From the NCBI GenBank assembly GCA_965197905.1, contig CBDAOB010000005.1, positions 2,592,001 through 2,656,000 of the forward strand: DNA of 64,000 nt, written 5' to 3'. This stretch comes from Candidatus Latescibacterota bacterium (GTDB lineage: Bacteria; Latescibacterota; UBA2968; UBA8231). The notes under the pieces were generated by a model. It was not told the DNA's origin, made no database searches, and saw only the letters and a list, made by a program, of their open reading frames with translations. The position numbers and the translations under genes are program-made. The first letter of the stretch is position 1. Each line of letters begins with the position of its first letter. Of the stretch, positions 40,692-49,672 are shown piece after piece.

Positions 40692-41537
40692 ATGTTGACA
40701 GATCAGATCTTAGCTTTTATTCGCCTGATACGCCCGCTGAACGGCTTTATTACGGCCCTTTCGGTATGTGTCGGGGCTCTTACCGCCGGTGTTTTCCCCC
40801 CCGACTTGAATATTCTGCTCGCCGCCACCTCCGCTTCCCTGGTGGCAGCAGCCGGCTACGCCTTCAACGACGTGGTAGATCTGAATATTGATCGGTTGAA
40901 TCGGCCAGCAAGGCCTTTGCCGGCGGGCCGGATTTCGCTGAAAACCGCCACCCTGGGGGCCCAGTTTCTGGCACTGCTCGGCCTCTTCATGGCGTGGTGG
41001 CTGAATCCGACCCTTGGATTCTTCGCCAGCGTCGTGGCCGGATCTCTTTTCCTTTACAGCGTGTACTTAAAGGTAAAACCCCTGTGGGGCAACTTGATGG
41101 TGGCCGTTCTGGCCGCCTCCGCCTTTCCGTACGGAGCGCTCGCCGGCGGCGGTTGGGGCAGGTCCTGGATCCCGGCACTTTTCGCGTTCCTCTTTCACCT
41201 GGGGCGTGAGATTGTCAAAGACCTGGAGGACATGGAGGGCGACCGTCGCAACGGCGCACAAACCCTGCCGATACAATGGGGTCCGGCACGCGCTGGCATG
41301 CTGGCCACGATCGTATTCCTCTTCCTGGCGCCCGTCGTACTCGTCCCGTGGTTTTCGGGTCTCTACAGCTGGCATTACCTGCTCCCCGTGCTACTGGTCA
41401 ACGCCCTGACCGGAATGGCGTTGCTCAAGCTCTGGAAGGCACGCTTCGATCCGGTAGATACCAAGGTCAGCCGGCTTCTCACCGGCGGCATGTTTCTCGG
41501 TCTCGCCGCCATCGTCGTGGGCGAGCTGATGTCGTAA
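40692..41537 (+). CDS. UbiA-family prenyltransferase, digeranylgeranylglyceryl-phosphate synthase-like
   Basis: LIRPLN, AFNDVVDLNIDRLNRPARPLPAGRI, LYSVYLK..PLWGN, REIVKDLEDMEGD...TLP; start ATG 40692. Confidence 0.85.
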   Translation: MLTDQILAFIRLIRPLNGFITALSVCVGALTAGVFPPDLNILLAATSASLVAAAGYAFNDVVDLNIDRLNRPARPLPAGRISLKTATLGAQFLALLGLFMAWWLNPTLGFFASVVAGSLFLYSVYLKVKPLWGNLMVAVLAASAFPYGALAGGGWGRSWIPALFAFLFHLGREIVKDLEDMEGDRRNGAQTLPIQWGPARAGMLATIVFLFLAPVVLVPWFSGLYSWHYLLPVLLVNALTGMALLKLWKARFDPVDTKVSRLLTGGMFLGLAAIVVGELMS

Positions 41538-41632
41538 GCGAGTAGACGCTTTCGCATGTTCGACTTTTTCCGTTGTTTCTTGCTCGCGAAGATCCAACCT
41601 ACTCTTTCGGCAAGTAGAAATTCGAGCGTATC

Positions 41633-42901
41633 ATGTGCGCAATGAAACTCACACCGCCGCGGGGCACGCGGGACTTCTTTCCCGATGAAATGCGCCAACG
41701 CTCGTGGCTTTTCGGTCATTTCCGCGAGGTTTCACGGCTTTTCGGGTTTGCGGAGTACGATGCACCGATGGTGGAATCGGAAGAGCTCTTTACGCGCAAG
41801 GCGGGTGAAGAGATCGTCGACCAGCTCTACAGCTTTGAAGACAAGAGCGGGCGCCGGTTGGCGCTGCGACCGGAGATGACACCTTCGCTCGCCCGGTTGG
41901 TCCTGCAGAAAGGGACTTCGCTGGCCCTGCCCATAAAGTGGTTCAGCATTCCCCAGTGCTGGCGTTACGAACGCATGACGAGAGGGCGCCGTCGCGAACA
42001 CTTTCAGTGGAACCTGGATATCGTCGGAGTCCAGGGCGTCGAAGCCGAGGCCGAGCTCATCGCGGCGGTGGTGACCTTCTTTGCCCGCGTGGGATTAGGA
42101 GCCGAGGATGTGGGAATCAAGGTCTCCAATCGCAAGATTCTGGAAACCGCTTTGTCCACAGCAAACGTGCCGACGGAGAAATTTCCGCAGGTCTGCATCC
42201 TGGTCGACAAGCTGGACAAGATTTCGCGGGAAGTGGTTGAAGAGGAAATGTCCGCGGCGGGCCTTGAAGCGGACCAGGTCAAGGCGATCCTTGATCTGCT
42301 CTCACTCGATTCACTCGACGCTGTGGCTGAGGTCGTTGGTGACGACCACCAGGGCATCGCCGAGCTGAGGCAGCTCTTCGAGCTCGCCGAATGCTACGGG
42401 TCGGAAGAGTGGCTCAGCTTTGATGCCGGGCTGGTTCGCGGACTGGCCTATTACACGGGCATCGTGTTCGAGGCGTTTGCTCGCGACGCCACCCTCCGGG
42501 CGATCTGCGGCGGCGGCCGCTACGATCGACTGTTGTCCACCTTCGGAGGTTCCGATCTGCCGGCCTGTGGATTGGGGTTTGGCGATGCCGTCATCTTCGA
42601 GTTGCTCAAAGACAGATCGCAGATCCCGCAGCTGAAAGGCGAAGTGGACGACGTGGTTTTTGCTTTCGATGCGACGTTACGCCCTGCGGCCATCGAGGTT
42701 GCCCGGCACCTCCGCGGCAAAGGACGCACCGTCGATTTGATTCTCGAAGAGAAAAAGATGAAGTGGGCTTTTCGCCATGCCGATCAGAATGGCGCCGCGC
42801 GGTTGGTTCTCCTGGCCCCCGATGAATGGGCGTCGGGAAAGGTGCGCGTGAAGGAATTGGGATCGGGCACTGAGAGCAACCTGACCCTGGAGGAATTATG
42901 A
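41633..42901 (+). CDS. hisS: Histidine--tRNA ligase
   Basis: PRGTRDF, LRPEMT, WRYER..RGRRREHFQ, VRGLAYYTG, GGGRYD. Confidence 0.96.
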   Translation: MCAMKLTPPRGTRDFFPDEMRQRSWLFGHFREVSRLFGFAEYDAPMVESEELFTRKAGEEIVDQLYSFEDKSGRRLALRPEMTPSLARLVLQKGTSLALPIKWFSIPQCWRYERMTRGRRREHFQWNLDIVGVQGVEAEAELIAAVVTFFARVGLGAEDVGIKVSNRKILETALSTANVPTEKFPQVCILVDKLDKISREVVEEEMSAAGLEADQVKAILDLLSLDSLDAVAEVVGDDHQGIAELRQLFELAECYGSEEWLSFDAGLVRGLAYYTGIVFEAFARDATLRAICGGGRYDRLLSTFGGSDLPACGLGFGDAVIFELLKDRSQIPQLKGEVDDVVFAFDATLRPAAIEVARHLRGKGRTVDLILEEKKMKWAFRHADQNGAARLVLLAPDEWASGKVRVKELGSGTESNLTLEEL

Positions 42902-43924
42902 GCCCCCACCCAGAATCTCCAGTTGATCGATCTTTTCTGGACCGACGATCCGGTTGTGGAGCTCGCCGATGCCTCCGGAGAAACGAAGGCGCAGCTCGTC
43001 GCCGACCTGCAAACCGTCGCTGAGGTCCGCCTCCGAAAAAACGATCGGGGTTCCCCAGAACAAAGCCAGCAGCATTCCAGGCTCCAGAGGAATCCGGGAA
43101 AGCAGCGTCCTCTCCATGTGGAATAGACCGTCAGGCATGTTGAGGCTGCCGCGGCCCGTTTTTCCTTCCTTGAAGCCGACCCTTCGTCCGTTGCGAACGA
43201 TCTCGCAGGAAACGGTGACCTCGCCGTCATCGAACTCGTCGGCCGTTACCAGCAGCGGTCCCATGCTCGCGCACCCCCCGGTCCAGTTCTTCGCCTGCGG
43301 CAGATTGAGCGGATTCGCCGCCTCGATCCCGTTGTCGGTGACATCGTTTCCGCCGGTATAACCCAACCGCTCCACGTGACCGTTGCAATTGAGGCCGTAC
43401 ACGCTGACGAGCTCCGTTTCGGGTACCAATCGGAGCGTATCTTCTGGACGGGTCAAGTCGCCGCCATGACCTACCACTGACTCCGGTTCGCCCTTTGCAA
43501 ACAGCTCCGGCCGACCTCCCTTGGCACACTCCCGGTACTTGAGCTCGTACACGTTTACCGGGTCGCCGGTCGCCTGCTTCGCCTCGATCTCTCTCAACTT
43601 GGCGCTGTCCTCATGGGTCACCCCGGCAAGCCAAACCCGCAGACCGTGGGGATTTTCCGGAGGGCCACAGACCGGCTTGGTCAATCGACCGCCACCCGCC
43701 ACCCCACCAAGAAGCGGCTTCGTCTCCAACCGGTGGGCATTATCCGCTTGGCAGAGGCGCTCCGTCACAGACACCAATCCCTCCACATCTCCCCCATGCT
43801 CATAATAGAGACTCCAGACCGAGTCGGGTCCGGAACCAGTCGAGGTCAGGTCGACCACCTCGGAGCCGCGCACCATGCCCACATGCTGCTGATCCTTGGA
43901 ATCTACAAACTGGACGAGCTTCAT
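42896..43924 (-). CDS. Fumarylacetoacetate-hydrolase-family protein (2-keto-3-deoxy sugar-acid dehydratase-like)
   Basis: VWLAGVT, RPELFAK, VPETEL, GYTGGNDV, IEAANPLNLPQAK, GTPIV; start ATG 43924. Confidence 0.8.
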   Translation of the reverse strand: MKLVQFVDSKDQQHVGMVRGSEVVDLTSTGSGPDSVWSLYYEHGGDVEGLVSVTERLCQADNAHRLETKPLLGGVAGGGRLTKPVCGPPENPHGLRVWLAGVTHEDSAKLREIEAKQATGDPVNVYELKYRECAKGGRPELFAKGEPESVVGHGGDLTRPEDTLRLVPETELVSVYGLNCNGHVERLGYTGGNDVTDNGIEAANPLNLPQAKNWTGGCASMGPLLVTADEFDDGEVTVSCEIVRNGRRVGFKEGKTGRGSLNMPDGLFHMERTLLSRIPLEPGMLLALFWGTPIVFSEADLSDGLQVGDELRLRFSGGIGELHNRIVGPEKIDQLEILGGGS

Positions 43925-43928
43925 CTTC

Positions 43929-44774
43929 TCAACTCCGATCTTCGCCCAACGCAAAAAGCGGTTTGTCGCAGCGGTCGACGATGCCGGCCGCTTCCGCCCG
44001 ATCGAGCATCTCTCGAATTGCCGCTTCCCCGTCCGTTCCATAGTTGGATGTGTACTGGTTGACGTAGAGATCGATCTGCGCTTCGATCATCTCTTCCGAC
44101 ATCTCTGGGGCCAGTTGCCGGATATACGGTAGGGTCTTGCTTCGGGCTTTGACGGCTTGACCGATGCTGGCGTCGACGGCGTTTTCCGCCCGCTCAAGGA
44201 GCGCTCTGTCGAGATCTCGCCGTGCCGCGATGCCCGCCAGCGGAATCGGATACCCGGTCGTTTCCTCCCACCACTTACCGAGGTCGACCACAATCTGTAG
44301 CCCGTACTCGGGATAGGTGAGGCGACTCTCGTGAATGATTACGCCGGCGGCAACCGCGCCCTGCTGCACGGCGGGCATGATCTCGTGATACGCCAATACA
44401 GAAAGGTTGTGCAGCGCTGGATCGAAAAGCTGGGTCAACAGCGCCGCGCTCGTCAACCGTCCCGGGATGGCAATATCCTGGTCGCGCAGTTCCTCCGGGC
44501 ACACCCGCTCGCGGGACACGAGCAGCGGCCCACAGCCACGGCCCATCGCCCCCCCTGAGTGCAACAAGCCGTACCGATGTCGCACCAAACCGAGCGCGTT
44601 GAAAGACACCTTGACCAGATCCAACCTCCCATCGACGGCAAGGTGGTTGAGGGCTTCGATGTCCCGCACCACAGGTTCGAAGCGCGGAGCGCCCCGGATC
44701 AGGTCGTGGGCCAGCGCGTGGAAGATATGGGTGTCGTTAGGGGAGGGTGAGTACCCCAAGCTCAGTGCCCGCAC
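43929..44774 (-). CDS. mqnD: 1,4-dihydroxy-6-naphthoate synthase (futalosine pathway)
   Basis: LGYSPSPNDT, DIEALN, GGAMGRGCGP, GVIIHESR, DLGKWWE, LYVN. Confidence 0.92.
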   Translation of the reverse strand: MRALSLGYSPSPNDTHIFHALAHDLIRGAPRFEPVVRDIEALNHLAVDGRLDLVKVSFNALGLVRHRYGLLHSGGAMGRGCGPLLVSRERVCPEELRDQDIAIPGRLTSAALLTQLFDPALHNLSVLAYHEIMPAVQQGAVAAGVIIHESRLTYPEYGLQIVVDLGKWWEETTGYPIPLAGIAARRDLDRALLERAENAVDASIGQAVKARSKTLPYIRQLAPEMSEEMIEAQIDLYVNQYTSNYGTDGEAAIREMLDRAEAAGIVDRCDKPLFALGEDRS

Positions 44775-44775
44775 A

Positions 44776-45510
44776 TCACCTCTGTAGCGTCTCCACAAGG
44801 TGCCAGCCGGCCTCCTGGGCCACCCCCGCTGCCCGCGGGATCTCCCACCGCTCCGTCCGGCGGTCCTCCACCATGTTGCTGATACCGCGGATCTCCAGGA
44901 AAGGGACGTCGAAGAGGCGACAAACGTGCGCTCCCGCCGCGCCTTCCATATTCTCGCAGATAGCTGCGAAGCGACGGGCCCGTTCGTTTCCCAGCTCGGT
45001 GGTGCCGGAGGATTCCTGCACCGTCACGAAAGGACCGGCGCGCAGACCTTGAGCAACCGAGCCGTTCCGGTTGGCCAGCATCTGGCGGGCGCTGGCTACC
45101 AGGTTGCAATCCAGAGGAAAGTGGTTGTAATAGTCGACATCTCCCCGGATCACTGGAATGCCGATGAGCTCGCTCGACTCCCACCCTTGTGGAGTCCGCA
45201 CCCCCAGGTCACCGTAGTTCTCCGCCTCGGCCAGGGCGAGGTCGCCAACTTCCAGGCCGGCGTTTGGGTACGCCCCACCCACCCCCAGCTGCAGCACCAG
45301 ATCCGGTCTCCAACTCTGTAGGGCACAGCTCAACGCGTGCGCTGTGTTGACGCCTCCCAGTCCCCCTTCCACCAGACGTACCGCGGCCTGGCCGCTGCTA
45401 CCTGTGATCCACCTTTTCCCCGAGACGGTTTGGCGGATAGGTGATTCCAACCGCCGAGCCAGCGTAGATTGCTCAAGCTCGGTGGCCGAGAGGATGAGGA
45501 ATTCTCGCAT
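44776..45510 (-). CDS. mqnB: Futalosine hydrolase
   Basis: PNP/UDP fold: GLGGVNTA, GVGGAY, ENMEGAA, EIRGISNMVEDR; adjacent to mqnD. Confidence 0.9.
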   Translation of the reverse strand: MREFLILSATELEQSTLARRLESPIRQTVSGKRWITGSSGQAAVRLVEGGLGGVNTAHALSCALQSWRPDLVLQLGVGGAYPNAGLEVGDLALAEAENYGDLGVRTPQGWESSELIGIPVIRGDVDYYNHFPLDCNLVASARQMLANRNGSVAQGLRAGPFVTVQESSGTTELGNERARRFAAICENMEGAAGAHVCRLFDVPFLEIRGISNMVEDRRTERWEIPRAAGVAQEAGWHLVETLQR

Positions 45511-45554
45511 GCGTGTGCGAAGGAGGGCGGAGATTGGATCGGTGGGACGGGCGC

Positions 45555-46876
45555 CTACCGGCGCATGCGCTCCGTGCGTTCACCACGCGACCCCACATCT
45601 TCCATGATCTTCTCGATGTCGAGGCCTATCTGATCGGGGTCGAGAACCTTGACGATCTCTCGGCCTTCCGCTTCGGACCTCCGAGAGAGATTGACGATGA
45701 AGGGCGCCGCCCGGGGTTTCTGGTTGGCCATGGTCAGAATACCGAGGGTCGGCTTGCGCGAATCCGCCGGATTGGGCTCGAATACCACGGCCTGCTCCTT
45801 GTTATTCAGCTCGACCAGACTGCCTACCGGATACAACCCGAGTGCGCGAACGAACAGATCGACGGCACGTTCTTCGAACTCGGTACCCTTGTTCTGATGA
45901 ATGCGGAGTAGCGCCTGGTACATCGGCATCGCGGGCTTGTACACCCGTTTCGCCGTGAGCGCATCGTAGACGTCGGCCACCGCCGTCAGACGCGCGTACG
46001 GATGGATATCGTCCCCCCCCTGAGGGACAGCGGATACCCGCTTCCGTCCATCATTTCATGGTGCTGTGTGGCAATGGCGATCGCCTCCTCCGTGAATCCA
46101 CCCATCTCCTGCATGATATCGCCGCTGTAGGTGGCGTGGCGCCGCATTTCGGCCAGCTCCTCGGGCTCGAACCGCCCGGGTTTGTTCAGCACCTCCAGAG
46201 GAACTCTGGTTTTGCCCACATCGTGCAGCAGAGTAGCTGTCGTTATGAGTGAAAGGAGACTCGGGTCGACGCCGTCCGCCATGGCCATCGCCACCACTAG
46301 GGTGCACACGTTCATGCAGTGCATCGCGGTATAAGGATCGTGTTGTTTGATCCGGGTCAGGCTGACCATGGCATCTACATTGCGCACGATGCTCTCGGAG
46401 ATCACCTCTCCGGCCTCGTCGATCTTTCCCTTGTCGAGATCCTTGCCGGTAGCCACGTCGTCCAGAGCGTTCTTGAGGGTATCGGCTGTTTCGTTGCGAA
46501 TCTCCTTGGCGCGCTCGATCTCTTCATCGTAATGACACAAACGTCCTTCGGGAGGCGGTTTACGGCTGGGGTCGGTGAGCGGCTTGACCGTCTCGGGTAC
46601 GTCGCCCCCTTTGTCCGTATCGATAGTGATCGATTTGTAACCGATCTGCTTCAGGCTGTTGATGATGGCGTCGGAATTGATAAGCAAGCCGCCGGCGGCC
46701 TTGATCTTCGCACCCATCTGTCCGGTGAGTCGGGCCCTCTTGGCGCTGGCTCCGGTGCAGACAGCATTCTGCGGCACCAGAAACTGCTGCTCATCGCCGT
46801 TGTGGCTTTCCGCGACGACCTCGGCGTCGACGAACATTCCGGCGCTGAGATCGTTAATAGAGATCAGTTTTTTCAT
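45555..46876 (-). CDS. HD-GYP cyclic di-GMP phosphodiesterase (~440 aa joined; frameshift in G8 run 46013-46020)
   Basis: LLHDVGK, HHEMMDGSGYP, then after the shift DDIHPYARLTAVADVYDALTAKRVYK and GLYPVGSLVELN. Confidence 0.85.
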
Positions 46877-47054
46877 CGCAGACTTTGAAATTTCGGAAAA
46901 AGCGTTAACGACAAAGTTTAAATTGCCGCCCTAGTCCGTGTCAAGATTTTACTCCAAAAAGGCCGTAAAAACAAGGCTTTGGAAGTCCGATTTCCGCCTC
47001 CGGCAGGCCTGACCAAGAGGCGGGACCGAAACCGGAATCGGCCACCGATGCAAC

Positions 47055-47083
47055 TTGAAAATCGGAATGTATTAATGTATGAT
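47055..47083 (+). promoter_or_regulatory. Putative sigma70 promoter
   Basis: TTGAAA-N17-TATGAT upstream of ORF 47197. Confidence 0.6.
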
Positions 47084-47196
47084 TACGACCGGATTCACCA
47101 GACGGGCTTGTCCAAGTGCCTCAACGACCAGTCCGATGCACCGAGTAGAGCAGCCGAGCTCAAATTCCGAAAATCACCCCACTCAGGAGTCAGAGA

Positions 47197-48300
47197 ATGC
47201 CAAGGATTTTTGGTAAAAACTACACCCGACAACAGCTCAAGGAGCTTACCGGCGACATGAGTCAGCTGGCGGGTGCGCGACGGGCTGAGCTGGTCGAAGG
47301 AAACGAGCGCGGAGCGGATCTGGTAGAGGTGTTCAACGCGTCGGGGCTTTCCTTTTCGGTGTTACCCGGCCGCGCGTTGGACATCGCCTCTGCGAGCTAC
47401 AAGGGCATGTCGCTCTGTTTTCGCAGCTCGACCGGTGACGTCGGACCCGCTTTCTACGAACCACAGGGTTTCGGGTGGCTCCGTGGTTTCTACGGCGGCT
47501 TGGTCTGCACCTGCGGTCTCATCTTCGCGGGGCATCCCGAAACCGATCCCGAAGAGAAAAACGAGGAGCTGCCCCTCCATGGTCGCGTGTCCTACATAGC
47601 GGCGAAGAACGTCACGGCGGAGGGCGCATGGGAGGATGAGGAGTATACCGTCCGGGTGCGGGGCAAGATACGGGAAGCAGTGGTTTTCGGAACCAATCTG
47701 GAGATGACCCGGGAAATCTCGACCACGCTGGGCGAGAAGTGTTTACGCATTCACGATCGCGTCGAGAACCTCAGCGTCGATCCTTCGCCACTGATGGTTG
47801 TCTACCACACCAACCCCGGATTCCCCGTGCTGGACTCTGGATCGAGACTGTTCATTCAGAGCCGCAGGAGCGCAGATCTCGAAACCGATGTCGAGGTGGA
47901 CCCGAAGCGATACGAGACGGCCACGGCACCCCGCAAAACCCTTCCCTCGAGCAACGTCGTTGTGCACCACCCCAAAGCAGATCGACAGGGCAACTCTCAC
48001 GTCGCCCTGATAAACGACCGTCTCGAGCTCGGACTCTATTGGAAGTTCAGCCGCCGTGAAATTCCGATCGTTAGCTCGTGGCACAATTTCCATCGGGGCA
48101 CCTACGTGATGGGCATCGAACCCGGTAACTGCAGCGTTGCCGGGAGGATTTCGAACCGCAAGCACGGAACGCTGGAGCACATAGCGCCGGGCGAGGTGCG
48201 GGATTTCCACCTCGAAATAGGAGTATTGGAAGGTGCCCGCGAGATACGCGCGTTCGAGCGCGCAGTCAAGCAGGGGGTGAAAACCGCCCGCAAGGCTTGA
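47197..48300 (+). CDS. Aldose 1-epimerase-like protein (DUF4432)
   Basis: VLPGRALDI, WLRGFYGGLVCTCGL, PLHGR, YHTNPGFP, YVMGIEPGN. Confidence 0.82.
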   Translation: MPRIFGKNYTRQQLKELTGDMSQLAGARRAELVEGNERGADLVEVFNASGLSFSVLPGRALDIASASYKGMSLCFRSSTGDVGPAFYEPQGFGWLRGFYGGLVCTCGLIFAGHPETDPEEKNEELPLHGRVSYIAAKNVTAEGAWEDEEYTVRVRGKIREAVVFGTNLEMTREISTTLGEKCLRIHDRVENLSVDPSPLMVVYHTNPGFPVLDSGSRLFIQSRRSADLETDVEVDPKRYETATAPRKTLPSSNVVVHHPKADRQGNSHVALINDRLELGLYWKFSRREIPIVSSWHNFHRGTYVMGIEPGNCSVAGRISNRKHGTLEHIAPGEVRDFHLEIGVLEGAREIRAFERAVKQGVKTARKA

Positions 48301-48318
48301 AAACGGGTGAAACCCAGC

Positions 48319-49542
48319 TCAACAGCGACGCGTGGTCAGCATCTTTTCGTAACTGGCGGCGACGCGGCGGCTGGTGGCCTCTTCGGTGTAGCTCTCGGTC
48401 ACTCGCAGTCTCGCCGCCTCGCCCATCCGCCGGCGCCCAGGGTTATTGTCGATCAGCGATTCTACTGCGGCCACCAAGGAATCGACCTCCTTCAGCGGAA
48501 ACAGCAGCCCGTTCCTTCCCGCTTCCACAACCTCTCGACAACCGCGGATATCGCTTACTACCAGCGGCAACGCCATCGCTGCCGCCTCCAACAGCGAACG
48601 CGAGATTCCCTCGCGATGGGAAGCCAGCACAAAGATATCCATACAGGCGTAGATCTCGCGGGTGATGATGGATGGCTCGATAAGAACGCACCTATCATCG
48701 ATCCCGTGTGCGGCGATCAGCGCCTTTGGATCAAGCGCGTCGGACTGTTCCTGTTCGGCGCTACCGGCAATAAGAAACCGCACCTTGTCTCGCTTCCGCG
48801 CGATGCGAGCGGCCATCTCGAAGTACTCCGGGTACCCCTTCTCCTCCACGAACCGACCGACGGTACCCACCACTAGATGGTGCGGCTCGATTCCCAACGC
48901 TTGTCTGGTCTCATTGCGGCTGGCTGCTTGACTCTCGGGATCGAAAAAACGCGGATCGATACCGTTGCCCACCAGGTGGAGTTCGTCCTCCCGCTTCAAG
49001 TGACACTTGCGCGCGTAGGAGTAATCCTCGGCACTCTGAAAGAGCAGATGATCGCACCACAGGGCTGTCCATCGTTCGGCCCCGTGGGCGAGAAGATGGT
49101 GCAGTCCGCGGCTGTTTTCGTTGAACAGAAATCCGTGGACGGTGTGAGCAACCACCGGCGTCCGGGCCAAACGGGCGATAACCGGTCCCAGCAGACCGCC
49201 CTTGGGATTGTGGGAATGAACGATATCAAAGCGTTCGCGGCGCAGCGTGGCCAGCAGGGAGCGGGCGCACCGCAGATCGGTCCGGGGATCGATCTCGCGG
49301 GCAAACGGGATGTGCAGCACCTGCAACCCCGACTCCCGAAGCTTTTCGCCGTATCCCATATCGCCGCAAATAACGGTGACGTCGAAACCTGCCTCCTGGA
49401 GCAGACTCAGCCGGCCGCGCAACAGGAGATACGCGATCCGATCGGTCGGCACTATGTGGGCGATCCTGGCTCTGGGGGGTTTGCCAGGTTTCGTCGAAAC
49501 CATGACCGTCTCCCTACGGGGTTGAATTGCCATTTTTGTCAA
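48319..49542 (-). CDS. Glycosyltransferase family 4
   Basis: VHSHNPKGG, HTVHGF, GNGID, VGRFVEEKG, SHREGISRSLLEAAAM, DIRGCREVV. Confidence 0.9.
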   Translation of the reverse strand: MTKMAIQPRRETVMVSTKPGKPPRARIAHIVPTDRIAYLLLRGRLSLLQEAGFDVTVICGDMGYGEKLRESGLQVLHIPFAREIDPRTDLRCARSLLATLRRERFDIVHSHNPKGGLLGPVIARLARTPVVAHTVHGFLFNENSRGLHHLLAHGAERWTALWCDHLLFQSAEDYSYARKCHLKREDELHLVGNGIDPRFFDPESQAASRNETRQALGIEPHHLVVGTVGRFVEEKGYPEYFEMAARIARKRDKVRFLIAGSAEQEQSDALDPKALIAAHGIDDRCVLIEPSIITREIYACMDIFVLASHREGISRSLLEAAAMALPLVVSDIRGCREVVEAGRNGLLFPLKEVDSLVAAVESLIDNNPGRRRMGEAARLRVTESYTEEATSRRVAASYEKMLTTRRC

Positions 49543-49605
49543 ACGCCATCACGAGAGCGGAATATACAAATATAGTTGCCGCGGCGTCCACGGTGGCTGT
49601 TATGA

Positions 49606-49633
49606 TTGACATCCTTTGTCATATGGATACAAT
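49606..49633 (+). promoter_or_regulatory. Putative sigma70 promoter for ppk1
   Basis: TTGACA-N16-TACAAT. Confidence 0.55.
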
Positions 49634-49672
49634 TAAGTCAATACTGCCCAACGAAAAACCATCTGCCTGAAA

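Noticed and set aside
49597..49623. Possible Pho box upstream of ppk1 (CTGTTAT, TTGACAT, TTGTCAT)
   Set aside because: Spacings are 9 and 10 nt rather than 11, and one unit is simply the -35 box.
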